This document shows, one piece after another, positions 44,492 to 61,826 of a stretch of DNA of 64,000 nucleotides (its first letter is position 1; each line of letters begins with the position of its first letter). Both the position numbers and the translations under genes were made by a program. The notes under the pieces were generated by a model. It was not told where the DNA came from. It saw only the letters and a program-made list of their open reading frames with translations, and searched no databases. Origin of the DNA: Candidatus Krumholzibacteriota bacterium (GTDB lineage Bacteria > Krumholzibacteriota > Krumholzibacteriia > JAJRXK01); assembly GCA_963764625.1 (NCBI GenBank), contig CAVXTH010000008.1, positions 152,584-216,583 of the forward strand, in the 5' to 3' direction.

Positions 44492-45029
44492 TGATGCGAC
44501 TGCTCGCCGCTACGCCGAGGCGTTGCTGGCGAACATCCCAGATCCGCCCACCCTCGATTCCGTGCAGGAGGAGCTCGCGGCGATCGCGGCGCTCTACGTG
44601 GAGAGCGGCGATCTACGCAACTACCTGTTCGATCCCAGCGTGACCGCGGAGCATCGCCGGCAGCTGCTGGAGACCGTGTTCGGCGGGAAGATTCAACCGG
44701 TGCTGATGCACTTCCTGGATCTCCTGCTGCACAAGCACCGGTTCAAGCACCTCGCGAACATCGCGCAGGCGTTCGACGAGTTGGTGGAGGAACGACGAGG
44801 ACAGGCACGCGTCGAGGTATTGACTGCGGTCGCCCTCGCGGAGGATCAGGCGGACCGGCTCAAGCGCACCCTCGACGGGGTCGTGGGCAAGGACTGCATT
44901 CTTCAAACCAGCATCGACCCATCCATCATAGGGGGCGCAGTCGCCGTCCGCGGCGATATGGTTTTTGACGGAAGCGTTCGTACCCAGTTAGCGGAACTGC
45001 GCAAGCAGCTCATGGACGCGCCCCTATAG
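44484..45029 (+). CDS. atpH: F1 ATP synthase subunit delta
   Basis: ARRYAEAL, IDPSIIGG, DGSVR. Confidence 0.94.
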   Translation: MRSDATARRYAEALLANIPDPPTLDSVQEELAAIAALYVESGDLRNYLFDPSVTAEHRRQLLETVFGGKIQPVLMHFLDLLLHKHRFKHLANIAQAFDELVEERRGQARVEVLTAVALAEDQADRLKRTLDGVVGKDCILQTSIDPSIIGGAVAVRGDMVFDGSVRTQLAELRKQLMDAPL

Positions 45030-45062
45030 CGCGCACCTAGTGGAAGTTCAAAGGAGAGAGCG

Positions 45063-46580
45063 TTGAAACTGCGACCGGAAGAGATCTCGTCGGTCTTGGC
45101 CCAGGAGCTGAAAGCGTATAGCGCCGAGGTGGATGTCGAGAGTATCGGCATCGTCCTGCAGGTGGGAGACGGGATCGCCCGTATCTACGGACTCACCGAT
45201 GTCATGGCGGGTGAGCTGGTGGAGCTTACCGGGGGAACGATCGGGATGGTGCTGAATCTCGAAGAAGACTCCATCGGTGTGGCCATTTTCGGATCCGACA
45301 CCCATATCAATGAAGGCGATCACGTCAAGCGCACCGGCAAGATCGCCTCGGTTCCCGTGGGCGATGCGATGCTCGGGCGGGTGGTCGATCCTCTGGGAGT
45401 GCCGCTCGACGGACGCGGCCCGATTCCGGCGGAGAAAACGCGCCTCATCGAAGTGAAGGCTCCCGGCGTTTTGGATCGCCAGCCGGTGAAAGAGCCGTTG
45501 CAGACCGGAATCAAGGCCATCGACAGCATGATTCCCATCGGTCGCGGCCAACGTGAGCTGATCATCGGAGATCGCCAGACCGGCAAGACCGCGATCATTC
45601 TCGACACCATCATCAATCAGAAGGATACCGACGTCTTCTGCATCTACGTGGCTATCGGACAGAAGGCATCGACCGTCGCCGCGGTGGAGCAGACTCTGCG
45701 CGACAAGGGGGCGATGGACTACACCATCATCGTCGCGGCCAACGCGGCCGATCCCGCACCGCTGCAGTACATCGCACCCTACGCGGGCTGCGCCATGGGC
45801 GAGGAGTTCATGTGGCAGGGAAAGCACGCGGCCATCTTCTACGACGACCTCAGCAAGCAAGCGGTCGCCTATCGGCAGCTCTCCCTGCTGCTGCGCCGCC
45901 CCCCGGGACGCGAGGCATATCCCGGAGACATCTTTTATTGTCATAGCCGCCTGCTCGAGCGCGCGGCGAAATTGTCCGAGGAACACGGCGGAGGAAGCCT
46001 CACCGCACTTCCCGTCATCGAGACTCAGGCGGCAGACGTCTCGGCCTATATTCCCACCAACGTCATTTCCATCACCGACGGGCAGATCTTCCTCGAGAGT
46101 GACCTCTTCTTCAGCGGTCAGCGCCCCGCGGTAAACGCCGGGATCTCGGTGAGCCGGGTGGGTGGCAATGCACAGACCAAGGCCATGAAGAAAGTAGCCG
46201 GCCGCTTGCGCCTCGACCTCGCCCAGTTCCGCGAACTGGCCGCGTTCTCACAGTTCGCTTCGGATCTCGATAAAGCGACGCAGGCCCAGCTCGCGCGCGG
46301 CCAGCGCACGCTACAGATTCTCAAGCAGGGCCAATACATGCCCATGCCCATGGAGAAGCAGGTTGCAATCATCTACTCGGTAGTCAATGGGATGCTCGAC
46401 GAGGTACCGGTGGAGAAGATTCCCGACTATGAGAAGAATTTTCATGCGTTCATGGACGACAAGTACAGCAGCGTATTGCATAGCATTCGCGAAAAAGGTC
46501 AGCTGGACGAGGAGATCGAGAACGGATTGAAGTACGCGATTGGTGAATTCACTCGCGAGTATCTGGCAAGATCGAGCTAG
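45063..46580 (+). CDS. atpA: F1 ATP synthase subunit alpha
   Basis: [20 protein letters not shown]. Confidence 0.98.
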   Translation: MKLRPEEISSVLAQELKAYSAEVDVESIGIVLQVGDGIARIYGLTDVMAGELVELTGGTIGMVLNLEEDSIGVAIFGSDTHINEGDHVKRTGKIASVPVGDAMLGRVVDPLGVPLDGRGPIPAEKTRLIEVKAPGVLDRQPVKEPLQTGIKAIDSMIPIGRGQRELIIGDRQTGKTAIILDTIINQKDTDVFCIYVAIGQKASTVAAVEQTLRDKGAMDYTIIVAANAADPAPLQYIAPYAGCAMGEEFMWQGKHAAIFYDDLSKQAVAYRQLSLLLRRPPGREAYPGDIFYCHSRLLERAAKLSEEHGGGSLTALPVIETQAADVSAYIPTNVISITDGQIFLESDLFFSGQRPAVNAGISVSRVGGNAQTKAMKKVAGRLRLDLAQFRELAAFSQFASDLDKATQAQLARGQRTLQILKQGQYMPMPMEKQVAIIYSVVNGMLDEVPVEKIPDYEKNFHAFMDDKYSSVLHSIREKGQLDEEIENGLKYAIGEFTREYLARSS

Positions 46581-46595
46581 GAGTAGATCGGCGCA

Positions 46596-48985
<2,390 letters not shown>

Positions 48986-48988
48986 GCC

Positions 48989-49417
48989 ATGGCCAAGACG
49001 CCCTATCATCTGAGCATCGTCACCCCCGGCGGAAGCACGTTCGAGGGCGAAGTGGTAAGCCTCGTTTTTCCGGGCGAAGACGGCGCTATCGGGGTGTGGG
49101 CGCATCACGCGCCCATGCTGGCCGCGACAAAAGCGGGATCGCTCAGCGTGGAGGAAGTGGGGCACGCTGAGGTGGAGAAGCACTTCGCGGTGGGCTCGGG
49201 CTTCGCCGAGGTGAGCGACAACCACGCCATCCTGCTGGTCGACAGTTGCGAGGCGGCGCAGGACATCGACGTCCAGCGCGCCAAGGCCGCGCTGGAACGG
49301 GCGAAACGTCGCCTGGCCGAAGGGATGCACGACGATTCCATCGACCGCGAGCGCGCCCGGGCTGCGTTGGAGCGCGCGCGGGCCCGCTTGAAGGCCGGGT
49401 ATCTGCGCGGGCGCTGA
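48989..49417 (+). CDS. atpC: F1 ATP synthase subunit epsilon
   Basis: IVTP, HAPM, GFAEV, IDVQRA..ALERA. Confidence 0.95.
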   Translation: MAKTPYHLSIVTPGGSTFEGEVVSLVFPGEDGAIGVWAHHAPMLAATKAGSLSVEEVGHAEVEKHFAVGSGFAEVSDNHAILLVDSCEAAQDIDVQRAKAALERAKRRLAEGMHDDSIDRERARAALERARARLKAGYLRGR

Positions 49418-49494
49418 GGCGCAATAATCACTTCAATTCTCGGCTCGATGAGAGCCCGTGCTTCGTCGGTACTCGTGCTGATGGGGATCCGACC

Positions 49495-50004
49495 TCACTC
49501 CTGCAGGCGCAGGGCGTAGTTTGGATCTCCTGGCCGCAAACCGTCGATGGACAGCACCTTAACCCCCGAGGGCACATCGTCCACGTCAACGAACGCGATG
49601 GAGCCGTCGAGAACGCTCACCATTTCGATTACACCCTCGCTGGAGAGAACCACTTTCGGACCCTCCGTCGATTCTCCGCGAAAGACCCGGCCGATCCAGA
49701 ATTGCCGGAAGCGTTGCTCCGACATGTTGTAGACCTTCTTGAGAAGTACCGAACGGCCCGGATCGACGGGCTCGGCCACGATGAGCGTGACCTTTTGTCC
49801 GGTGGACCAGAACTGTCGATCGCCCAACATGATCTTGCGTAGATCGGCGAAGCTCAGGTCCTCCACCTGTACGTCGGGATGCACGATCACGGCGATGTCT
49901 CCGGCGAGCGCCTGACCCCAGCACGCTATTGTCGCCACCATGGCGAAGATTGCCGCACGGAGCCCTGTCTTGCATGAGTATCTCTTCATGGTCTTCACGG
50001 ACAT
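49495..50004 (-). CDS. Small secreted PBP/PstS-like binding-protein domain
   Basis: Signal peptide; IAVIVHP...LS..DLRKI.LG...W, GSIAFV, VKVL.IDG. Confidence 0.65.
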   Translation of the reverse strand: MSVKTMKRYSCKTGLRAAIFAMVATIACWGQALAGDIAVIVHPDVQVEDLSFADLRKIMLGDRQFWSTGQKVTLIVAEPVDPGRSVLLKKVYNMSEQRFRQFWIGRVFRGESTEGPKVVLSSEGVIEMVSVLDGSIAFVDVDDVPSGVKVLSIDGLRPGDPNYALRLQE

Positions 50005-50014
50005 TTCTCCCGGG

Positions 50015-51061
50015 CTAGAACGCCAAGTTGACGCCGACTACGATTCTGTTCACATAGGGTCCGCTCGCTTCGCGGGCGCGCTGTCCTTCGAGCTTCAGCG
50101 CCGCGGTGTCGACGAAGTCGAACCGTACGCCCCCCACCACCCGCTTGAGGTCGCTGACGAGAGTGGCGTAGCCAGGATCTCCGTCGTCGATCTTCATCTC
50201 TTCGATCCGAGCATAGGGCTTGAAGCGGGAAGATAAGACAGGCAGGCGGTAGGCGAGCTGCACATAGTAGCTGGTGCTGGCGTACCTTTGGCCAGTTGCC
50301 AGGTCCTCGTGTTGCACCGCGAAGTACTCGGCCATCACTTCCGGAGTTTCGCTGGTCAAAGCCACAAACCCCGAGGCGATGCGTTCCTTGATGTCAGAGC
50401 TGAGATCGGTGGAGAAGCGATCGAAATAGACCGAGCCGCCCACTTGTAGCTCATAGAGTGCGTCACTGCGCAGCGAGGTTCGCAGGACGACTGCCCGGTT
50501 GTTGTTCGCATCTCCCGCATCGCCGGCCCGCGCCACATTTTCCGAGCGACCGTTCCCCACTCCTCCGGTATAGCTCACGGTCAACGGTCCGGGGAAGACT
50601 CTGCCATCGAGCATCATTCCCACGAAGTGAATGGGAACGAAATCGCTTCCGAAACGGATCGCCAGAGGACGGTCGACCGAGGTCTGCAGCCAAGTGCCGT
50701 GATGGTAGGTCACGTTCCAGAAGCTGACCGGTGTATGGTAGCGTCCAATCGATGGCTTCAGCGCGTCGCTGTAGTCGTAGCGAAAGATCGTGCGCTCCAC
50801 TTCGATTCCGAACGCTCCGGAGTGGGGGGTAATGGTGATCTCGGAAAAAAAGCTGGCGCGATCGGACAACTTCGAATTGACGTGCAATACGAATTGACCC
50901 TCCCGAAATCCGCTATTGGAGACCTTCGAGGTGTCGTCGTCCGCGCTGAAAAGCAAATCCGTGAATCCCCCCAAGCGCATCTCTGCCCGAGCTCGCGTGG
51001 AAGGCACGAGGAAAAGGGAACAGAGGAGGGCGGCCAGCACCACCGGTTTCAAGGCTTTCAT
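50015..51061 (-). CDS. Outer-membrane beta-barrel (porin-like) protein
   Basis: Signal peptide, GRYHTP..FWN..HH, amphipathic strands, terminal Phe (VGVNLAF). Confidence 0.7.
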   Translation of the reverse strand: MKALKPVVLAALLCSLFLVPSTRARAEMRLGGFTDLLFSADDDTSKVSNSGFREGQFVLHVNSKLSDRASFFSEITITPHSGAFGIEVERTIFRYDYSDALKPSIGRYHTPVSFWNVTYHHGTWLQTSVDRPLAIRFGSDFVPIHFVGMMLDGRVFPGPLTVSYTGGVGNGRSENVARAGDAGDANNNRAVVLRTSLRSDALYELQVGGSVYFDRFSTDLSSDIKERIASGFVALTSETPEVMAEYFAVQHEDLATGQRYASTSYYVQLAYRLPVLSSRFKPYARIEEMKIDDGDPGYATLVSDLKRVVGGVRFDFVDTAALKLEGQRAREASGPYVNRIVVGVNLAF

Positions 51062-51092
51062 GGTCGACACCTTCGGGTTGGGTCCCACTCCA

Positions 51093-54533
<3,441 letters not shown>

Positions 54534-54695
54534 GCTAACGATGCTACCCATTCTGAAAGTTGTTTTCAACTAGACAGAAATGGGGAGGTCGGGCTAAGTG
54601 GCTGTGCCGGACGCGATTTCGCGCTTGTCCGCGCGCGCGAGCCAGGGTATCTACGACTAGACGGTCCCGTCTCGATCCCGAGAGAGGATTGCCGA

Positions 54696-56606
54696 ATGAC
54701 CCAGCGCTCCCCTGGCGGACTCGAAGTCCGCGGAACCCTTCGGCGCGAGTACGACGAGATCCTGAGCTCTCTGGCCCTGGACGCCCTGTCGGCGCTCGCT
54801 CCGTTCGACTCCCGCCGTCTCGAGCTCATGCAGGCGCGCGCGCAGCGCCGTGCGACGCGTGCCCGAGCCCGCACCCCCCTCGACTTTCTTCCCGCCGATT
54901 CGACCATAGCGGGCACCAGTATCCGCGTAAAGGACGCCAGGAGCGGCAACTTCGCCGGAAAGCCCATCCCGGACGACTTGAAGCGACAGTGGATCCAGGG
55001 CACCGGTCCCGCGGCGCGTCCCCACGCATCGGTGGAGCAAAACCTACGCAACGCCGCCTATGCCCTCCTGTCCGGGGCCGACGGCTGGATGTTCGATGGC
55101 GAAGACGCATTGGGACAGATCGAGAGCATGTCCCTGGACAACCAACGCAGCATCAAGCTCGCGATCGCACTGGATCCGCTCTTCTTGAGAGTCGCCGAGC
55201 AAGTGGCCAAAGAAATGAACGAGTGGGCGGTCGGCTTTTTCGGGCATCCGACGATCGAGGATTGGCGCAAGCAACTCGAGTTCACCACGAGAATCTACCG
55301 CGCGCGAGGCTTGCATCTCGACGATCGCCACATCCGCCACCTCGATGGGACCGGATTTTCCGCCTCCATCGTCGACACCGTTCTGTACGTAGTGAACAAC
55401 TACGAGGAGTTGCAAACGCGCGGAGCCTCGATTGTTCTCTATCTGCCCAAGATCCAAACCGCCGAAGAAGCGGCGTTGTGGAACGAGATTCTCTCGGCCC
55501 TCGAATCTCACCTCGGCCTCGCCGATGGCGCCATCCGTTGCTACGTGCTCGTCGAGCAGCTCGAGGCGAGCTTTCAGCTCATGGAGATCCGCGCCGCGCT
55601 CACCAGTCACTTCGTGGGCTTCAACACCGGTCGTTGGGATTACATCAACAGCGTGGCCGATGCGATGGCAGGGGACCCTTCGTTCCACAATCCCAACATC
55701 GACGCCATCACCATGACCTACGGCTACATGCGCAACTACGAGGACCGCGTGCGGCGCTCGGTAAACACACCGGACAAAGCCGGTAACTTCGCACTCTGGC
55801 AGGGCGGGATGGAGCCCAACATCCCCGTGGGTTCCAAGAAGGGCGTGGAAGAGGGCATGGTGCGTGCCACGAAAGGGGCGCGGCGCGAGCAGCGCGAGGG
55901 GGCCAGTGGCAAGTGGGTGGCGCACTGGAAAATGGTGCCTATCGTGCGCCCGGTCTGGGAGAAGGTCGGCGATTACAATCAGATGGGGCGCGCCTTTCCT
56001 CCTCTGGAGTATGGATCCCAAGACGCAGCCGGCCTCACCTTGCTCGAGCCCGCGCCCCGCACCGTACGCGGAGCTCGCGATCTTTTGAGTGTAGCCATGC
56101 AGTACGGCAATGCCTTCGGACAGGGGCTGCAGGCGGCGGCGCTCAAGCCGGCCGATTTCTTCGGCAACGAGGACGTGCTCTATCTCATGGAGGACATGGC
56201 CACCGGGGAGATCCGGCTCAGCATTTTGTGGGAGTGGTTGCACAAGGGCGCGAAGTTCAATGAAGACGACGAGCAAACCGGGATCAGGGCTGGTGATCCC
56301 ATCACGGAAAGGCTCTTCGCACGTTTGGTAGACGAGGAATACGAGAAGCTACGCAAAGCCAGCAATCGCGACGTCTACGATTCTTCGAAAAACACCACGC
56401 TTCCGATCGCGCGCGCCATCACCGAGAGTTACGTCACGAATCCGGTGAAGCTGCCGTGGTACATCGATCTCCTGAATCTCAACCTCAACAACCACGAGCT
56501 GAAAGAAGCGCAACGGCGAATCGGTCTCTATGTCGACGCTTTTACGCAGGACGGGATGGGGTTGACAAAGAATCTCGACTTCGACTCCGGTCAGCAAGCA
56601 GAGTAA
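54696..56606 (+). CDS. aceB: Malate synthase (divergent)
   Basis: [44 protein letters not shown]; adjacent to isocitrate lyase. Confidence 0.85.
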   Translation: MTQRSPGGLEVRGTLRREYDEILSSLALDALSALAPFDSRRLELMQARAQRRATRARARTPLDFLPADSTIAGTSIRVKDARSGNFAGKPIPDDLKRQWIQGTGPAARPHASVEQNLRNAAYALLSGADGWMFDGEDALGQIESMSLDNQRSIKLAIALDPLFLRVAEQVAKEMNEWAVGFFGHPTIEDWRKQLEFTTRIYRARGLHLDDRHIRHLDGTGFSASIVDTVLYVVNNYEELQTRGASIVLYLPKIQTAEEAALWNEILSALESHLGLADGAIRCYVLVEQLEASFQLMEIRAALTSHFVGFNTGRWDYINSVADAMAGDPSFHNPNIDAITMTYGYMRNYEDRVRRSVNTPDKAGNFALWQGGMEPNIPVGSKKGVEEGMVRATKGARREQREGASGKWVAHWKMVPIVRPVWEKVGDYNQMGRAFPPLEYGSQDAAGLTLLEPAPRTVRGARDLLSVAMQYGNAFGQGLQAAALKPADFFGNEDVLYLMEDMATGEIRLSILWEWLHKGAKFNEDDEQTGIRAGDPITERLFARLVDEEYEKLRKASNRDVYDSSKNTTLPIARAITESYVTNPVKLPWYIDLLNLNLNNHELKEAQRRIGLYVDAFTQDGMGLTKNLDFDSGQQAE

Positions 56607-56623
56607 CGAGAAAGGAACCCCGG

Positions 56624-58894
56624 ATGGACATGATCGAGCAACAGATGAACGAGATCCGCAAGTGGATCGAGAGTCCTCGCTTTGGTTCGATCACGCGTCT
56701 GCACGCGGCGCGCGATATCGCCGAGCAACGAGGGACGATCGAATGCGACTATACCGTCGCCCGGCGCGCGGCCGACGAGTTCTACGCACGCCTGCGCGAG
56801 CTCTTCGACAGACGTGAGGGGATCACCACCTTTGGTCCCTATTCACCGGGGCAAGCCGTGACCATCAAACGCCAGGGCATCGAGGGAATCTACCTGGGGG
56901 GATGGGCGACTTCCGCCAAGGGCTCGATCTCGGAGGATCCCGGGGCCGACCTGGCAAGCTATCCTTTGAGCCAGGTTCCCGACGAAGCGGCGCCCATCGT
57001 CCGCGCCCTGCTCACCGCCGACCGCAACCAGCACTTCAATCGCGCGCGCATGAGCGAAGAAGAACGCGCCACGACCCCCGCGGTCGACTTCCGCCCCTTC
57101 ATCATTGCCGACGCCGACACGGGTCACGGTGGCGACGCCCACGTCCGCAATCTCATTCGCCGCTTCGTCGAGGCGGGCGTGCCCGGCTACCATATCGAAG
57201 ATCAGAAACCCGGCGCCAAGAAGTGCGGCCATCAGGGCGGGAAAGTCCTGGTCCCGGTGGACGAGCAGATCAAGCGCCTCAACGCGGCTCGGTTCCAGCT
57301 GGATGTGATGGGTGTGGCGGGGATCATCGTGGCACGTACCGACGCCGAATCCGCCACCTTTCTGGACGGCCGGGGAGACGAGCGCGACCACCCCTTCATC
57401 TTGGGCGCGACGAACATCGAGCTTCCCAGCTACAAGCTGGTCTATCTGGCAATTCTGCGGAAGCTCTTCGAACAGGGCTTGGAGAGTGTGCGCGGACATC
57501 TTCTCTTCTCGATTCCAGAAGAGGAGTACGAGCGCGCGTACGCCTGGATGCAGCGTGGCGGCGTGATGGAGGTGCTCGACGAGACGGCACAGGAGTTTCT
57601 GAAGTCGCCGCGCAATCGAGTGGACAAGGTCCTGAACACCGTCATCGGGCGCTTCTTGGCCGCGTGGCAGGCAGAGGCGGGCATGAAGACCTATGGCCAG
57701 GCCGTGGCCGATGTGATGAATTTCAGAGTCGGCGAGGGCGAGCGCTTCGACATGACGCCTAAGGAGTGGCTCGAGTTTTCCAAAACGGCATCGCTTTCGA
57801 GCGCCCGCGAGCAGGCACGCGCAATGGGGATCACGATCATCTGGGATTGCGAACTCCCCAAGACCCCCGAGGGCTACTACCAGATCGAGAATGGAATCGA
57901 GTACGCGATCGCGCGTTCGTTGGCGGTGGCACCCTTCGCCGACCTTCTGTGGATGGAGACGAAGACGGCAAATCTCGCCGACGCCAAAGAATTCCAGGAG
58001 GCCATCCACGCCATCTATCCTCCGCAGATGCTCGCCTACAATCTGTCGCCCTCTTTCAACTGGGACACCACCGGAATGAGCGAAGAGGAGATGAAGGTTT
58101 TCCCGCGTGAACTGGGCAAGCTCGGTTTCGTCTTCAACTTCATCACCTACGGCGGACATCAAATCGACGGTTTGGCCGGCGAGGAATTCGCGACGGCGCT
58201 ACGGGATGACGGCATGCTCGCTTTGGCGCGGCTGCAGAGAAAGTTCCGTCTGGTGGAATCTCCCTACCGCACTCCGCAGTCGCTGGTGGGAGGACCGCGC
58301 CTGGACGGGGCCCTCATGGCGGCCACCGGCCGCAGCGCGGCGACCCGCGCCATGGGAAAGGGCTCGACCCAATTCCAGCACCTCGTGCAGACCGAGGTTC
58401 CGCGCTCGCTGCTCGAGGGGTGGCTGACGACCTGGGCGGATTTCTACAAGCTGAAGAAGCCGATCACGGTGACTCTCCAACCACACACCGCGGGTAAGGA
58501 TCTGCTGGAATTGGTCTTGCACGACGACAAAGGGGACAAGCTGGCCAACGTGGTCTTTACCGACATCAAGGACCGCAAGGAGCGCAGCATCCTCTCGATT
58601 CGTGACCAGAACACTTTTGCCGAGGAGCTCCGCAAGAAGCGCCTCATGACCCTGATCCACGTGTTCTTGATCCATCGCTACAAGGCCGGCTCGGTGCATT
58701 ACGTGAGCCCCACCGAGGACAACCTTTACCAGACCAAGAAGATGCAGCACCACGGGATCTTCAGCGACGTCCACAGCGAGGTGGGTCACATCATCGTAGC
58801 CGAGGTCAACACCCCGCGTATTGTCGAGCTGATCGATCCGGAAAACGAAGCGATGCGGAAGCTCATCGACAAGACGGGGCCGCCGTCGGCCTGA
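56624..58894 (+). CDS. aceA: Isocitrate lyase, long ICL2-type with C-terminal extension
   Basis: [39 protein letters not shown]; about 160-aa extra C-terminal domain. Confidence 0.93.
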   Translation: MDMIEQQMNEIRKWIESPRFGSITRLHAARDIAEQRGTIECDYTVARRAADEFYARLRELFDRREGITTFGPYSPGQAVTIKRQGIEGIYLGGWATSAKGSISEDPGADLASYPLSQVPDEAAPIVRALLTADRNQHFNRARMSEEERATTPAVDFRPFIIADADTGHGGDAHVRNLIRRFVEAGVPGYHIEDQKPGAKKCGHQGGKVLVPVDEQIKRLNAARFQLDVMGVAGIIVARTDAESATFLDGRGDERDHPFILGATNIELPSYKLVYLAILRKLFEQGLESVRGHLLFSIPEEEYERAYAWMQRGGVMEVLDETAQEFLKSPRNRVDKVLNTVIGRFLAAWQAEAGMKTYGQAVADVMNFRVGEGERFDMTPKEWLEFSKTASLSSAREQARAMGITIIWDCELPKTPEGYYQIENGIEYAIARSLAVAPFADLLWMETKTANLADAKEFQEAIHAIYPPQMLAYNLSPSFNWDTTGMSEEEMKVFPRELGKLGFVFNFITYGGHQIDGLAGEEFATALRDDGMLALARLQRKFRLVESPYRTPQSLVGGPRLDGALMAATGRSAATRAMGKGSTQFQHLVQTEVPRSLLEGWLTTWADFYKLKKPITVTLQPHTAGKDLLELVLHDDKGDKLANVVFTDIKDRKERSILSIRDQNTFAEELRKKRLMTLIHVFLIHRYKAGSVHYVSPTEDNLYQTKKMQHHGIFSDVHSEVGHIIVAEVNTPRIVELIDPENEAMRKLIDKTGPPSA

Positions 58895-59107
58895 GCCGGA
58901 AAAAGAGGGGGTGGCACGAATTGCGCTAGGGTACTAGCTTGATTGCCACGATCGGGCCTCAGCCCGACAGCGGCGAACAACAGGACTTTCATCGAAGTCA
59001 CGCCGCCAAAACCTCCCATTTGCCCATTTCTGTTGTTTGGGTCGGAACCCCATGGCGACGTCGCACAGGTCGATTCCTGTGCGTATCCGCCGGAGAATAG
59101 ACAATTC

Positions 59108-60304
59108 ATGATTGATTCAAGTTCATCTCGATCGGCCGGATTCGAACAATTCGGCCTTCACCAGGACCTCATGCGCGGAATCCGCGCCGCCGGCTTTAAG
59201 GAGCCGCGGTCCATTCAAGTTCAAACCATTCCCGCGGGCCTTCAAGGGCGCGACGTTCTGGGCCTGGCCCAGACCGGTACCGGCAAGACCGCGGCTTTTG
59301 CCCTACCCCTACTCGAGCGGCTGCTGAAGCCCAAGGGCCAAGGGCCCCGAGTCCTGGTGCTCGCTCCCACCAGGGAGCTGGCCAACCAGATCACGGCCGA
59401 GATTCGAATGCTCGCCAAATTCACCCGTCTGCAGGTGGTCACCATCTACGGCGGAGTTTCCCAGCGCAATCAGGTCGAGGCCCTCAGACGCAGGCCAGAG
59501 ATCGTGGTGGGCTGCCCAGGCCGTGTTCTGGACCTCTTGCACCAGCGACTTCTCGTTCTGAACCAAGTCGAGACTCTCGTGCTGGACGAGGCCGACCACA
59601 TGTTCGACCTGGGGTTCTTGCCGGATATCCGCAAGATTCTCGCGGCTCTGCCCGCCAAGAGGCAAAACCTCCTCTTCTCGGCCACCATGCCGAAGGAGGT
59701 CCGGCATTTGGCCGACGATCTCTTGAGCCAGCCCAAAGTGGTCGAGTTGGCCAATTCCGCGCCGGTCGCCACCGTCGATCACGCGCTCTATCTCGTGGCG
59801 GAAAGACGCAAGCGCGACTTGCTCGAACACGTCCTAGGGCGCGAAGAGTGCAATACCGCGATCATCTTCACCCGCACCAAGCATCGTGCACGCCGTCTGG
59901 CCGAACAGCTCAGCAAGGCCGGGCACCGTGCGGTTGGTCTGCAGGGATCGATGTCTCAGGGACAACGCGATCGGGCCATGCGTGGCTTTCGCACGCGCCG
60001 CTTCGATATCCTCGTGGCCACGGACATCGCTGCGCGCGGACTCGACGTCAGCGGAGTCTCCCACGTGATCAACTACGACGTACCGAATACGCCGGAGGCA
60101 TACACGCATCGCATCGGTCGCACGGGTCGCAGCGAGCACGAAGGCGCCGCTTTCACTTTTGTGACCAACGGCGATCGCGCATGGGTGAAGTCCACCGAGC
60201 GGATGATCGGCGCGCCGATTCCTCGCCGGCAAATCGAAGGATTCACGATTCAAGCGGACGAATTGACTCAGAGCCAGCGGAGCGCCCCGGGAGAGGTTCG
60301 GTGA
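59108..60304 (+). CDS. rhlE: DEAD-box RNA helicase (RhlE-like)
   Basis: AQTGTGKT, PTRELA, DEAD, SAT, ARGLD, HRIGRTGR. Confidence 0.92.
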   Translation: MIDSSSSRSAGFEQFGLHQDLMRGIRAAGFKEPRSIQVQTIPAGLQGRDVLGLAQTGTGKTAAFALPLLERLLKPKGQGPRVLVLAPTRELANQITAEIRMLAKFTRLQVVTIYGGVSQRNQVEALRRRPEIVVGCPGRVLDLLHQRLLVLNQVETLVLDEADHMFDLGFLPDIRKILAALPAKRQNLLFSATMPKEVRHLADDLLSQPKVVELANSAPVATVDHALYLVAERRKRDLLEHVLGREECNTAIIFTRTKHRARRLAEQLSKAGHRAVGLQGSMSQGQRDRAMRGFRTRRFDILVATDIAARGLDVSGVSHVINYDVPNTPEAYTHRIGRTGRSEHEGAAFTFVTNGDRAWVKSTERMIGAPIPRRQIEGFTIQADELTQSQRSAPGEVR

Positions 60305-60357
60305 AGACAGGCCCAGAAGTTCTCGCCGAAAATGGGCCAGCCGCGGACGGAAACGGG

Positions 60358-61273
60358 TCAGTCGAAGTGCGCGTTGAGCAGCGGTAGCCACTTCTTCCAG
60401 CCCGAGTTGTTTCCCGCGTAGTTGAGAAGGCCGAGCTGCACCCCGTGCAGCTCGGCACAGTAGTTGAAGATCCCCAGGAAGAGTCCGTGCCCCTCCACCG
60501 TGGTGCGGTTGTAGGCGCTCGCGGCGAAGCCGGTGAAGCGTTCGCTCTTGATATGGGCCAGCCGCGAGAGCCAGACCCTTGAAGTCGGGCGCCCCAACAC
60601 CCAGTCCTCCGATGGCCACCCCGCGCATCTCCTCGCCAGCTCCCACCGCAAGGCCGCCTAAGAGAATGCCCTCGAAGGAATCACCGGTGCCCGCGGCCAG
60701 GCCGCCAATTTGAAGGCCGCGGGAGCTCTGCCCGGTTCCGACCGCCAGCCCTCCCACCAGGACGCCGTCGAAGGACTCCCCCGCACCGGCGGCGAGTCCT
60801 CCCACCAGAATCCCCGCGCCCCGGTCACCAACGCCGGCAGCGAGCAACGCCGCTCCGACTCCCTTGAATTCGTCACCGGCTCCGACGGCCAGCCCCGCGA
60901 GAGTGATGCCGTAAAAACTGTTCCCGGCTCCCGCTGCCAGACCCCCGATCGCGATCCCGTGCATTTCATCCGCGCCGACTCCGCCCAGGCCAATCGCAAC
61001 CCCGTGCATTTCGTGAGCCTCTGGGGCCACCACTCCCAAAAGAAGGCCGTTCATGCGGCTGTGCTGCGGGTGCTTGGATTTCCAGACCGTGAAATTGACG
61101 CCATTCACTTCTTCGACGTCCGAGTCGAGAAAGTTCAGGCGCAGGCCGTTCCAGCGGGGAGAATTGCCAATGCTCAACCCCGTATTGTGGTAACCCAAGT
61201 CGAGCGAGCCGGCTGCGGCGGATGAAGCACCCAAGAGGACAAAAACGAGACAGAGAGGCAACAAGTGACGCAT
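60358..61273 (-). CDS. Secreted glycine-rich repeat protein (LA_2272-like), frameshift near 60575
   Basis: Signal peptide; about 11 repeats of G..(I/V)GGLA.G.G; C-terminus GVQLGLLNYA...WLPLLNAHFD in another frame. Confidence 0.65.
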
Positions 61274-61363
61274 CGGACCCTCCCGAAGCCGGTACTGCCG
61301 GCAGTGATACTCGAGATCTCCGTCAAGGAACAGACGCGCCAAGCCTCCTTCGGGTTACGGGCC

Positions 61364-61816
61364 TTACTCGCGTGTGACTTGAGTCAACCAGCGATCGAGT
61401 TGATTGGCGAAATCCTGCCGATGACGCTGGCTGATCGGCGCGGGACCGCCCAGACGCTGCCCACCGCTGCGCAACTCGTCGAGTAAGTCCCTCATTGCCA
61501 GTCGCTCCCCGATGTTCTCGCGCGAGTACAGCTCCCCGCGTGGATCAAGAGCGAGTCCCCCCTTGTCCACCACCTGGGCCGCCAAGGGAATGTCGGCGGT
61601 GATGACCAGGTCTCCAGCTCGCATCAGTTCGAGGATTTTGTGGTCCGCCGCATCCTCACCCACGGGAACCCATAGGCTGTGGATCAGATCGGTATCGGGC
61701 GTCCGCAACGACTTGCTCGCGACAAGCGTGAGCTGCACACCGACTCTTTGCACGGCCCGGAAGAGAATGTCTCGAATCGCCCCGGGAAGCGCATCCGAGT
61801 CGGCCCAAACTTGCAT
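61364..61816 (-). CDS. yaiI: YaiI/YqxD (DUF188) family protein
   Basis: DSDALP, DAADH.I, GDLVITADIPLA, FANQLD. Confidence 0.9.
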   Translation of the reverse strand: MQVWADSDALPGAIRDILFRAVQRVGVQLTLVASKSLRTPDTDLIHSLWVPVGEDAADHKILELMRAGDLVITADIPLAAQVVDKGGLALDPRGELYSRENIGERLAMRDLLDELRSGGQRLGGPAPISQRHRQDFANQLDRWLTQVTRE

Positions 61817-61826
61817 GAGAGTTTGC

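Noticed and set aside
58912-58924. TGGCACGAATTGC as a sigma54 promoter for the helicase
   Set aside because: GG-to-GC spacing is 8 rather than the required 10
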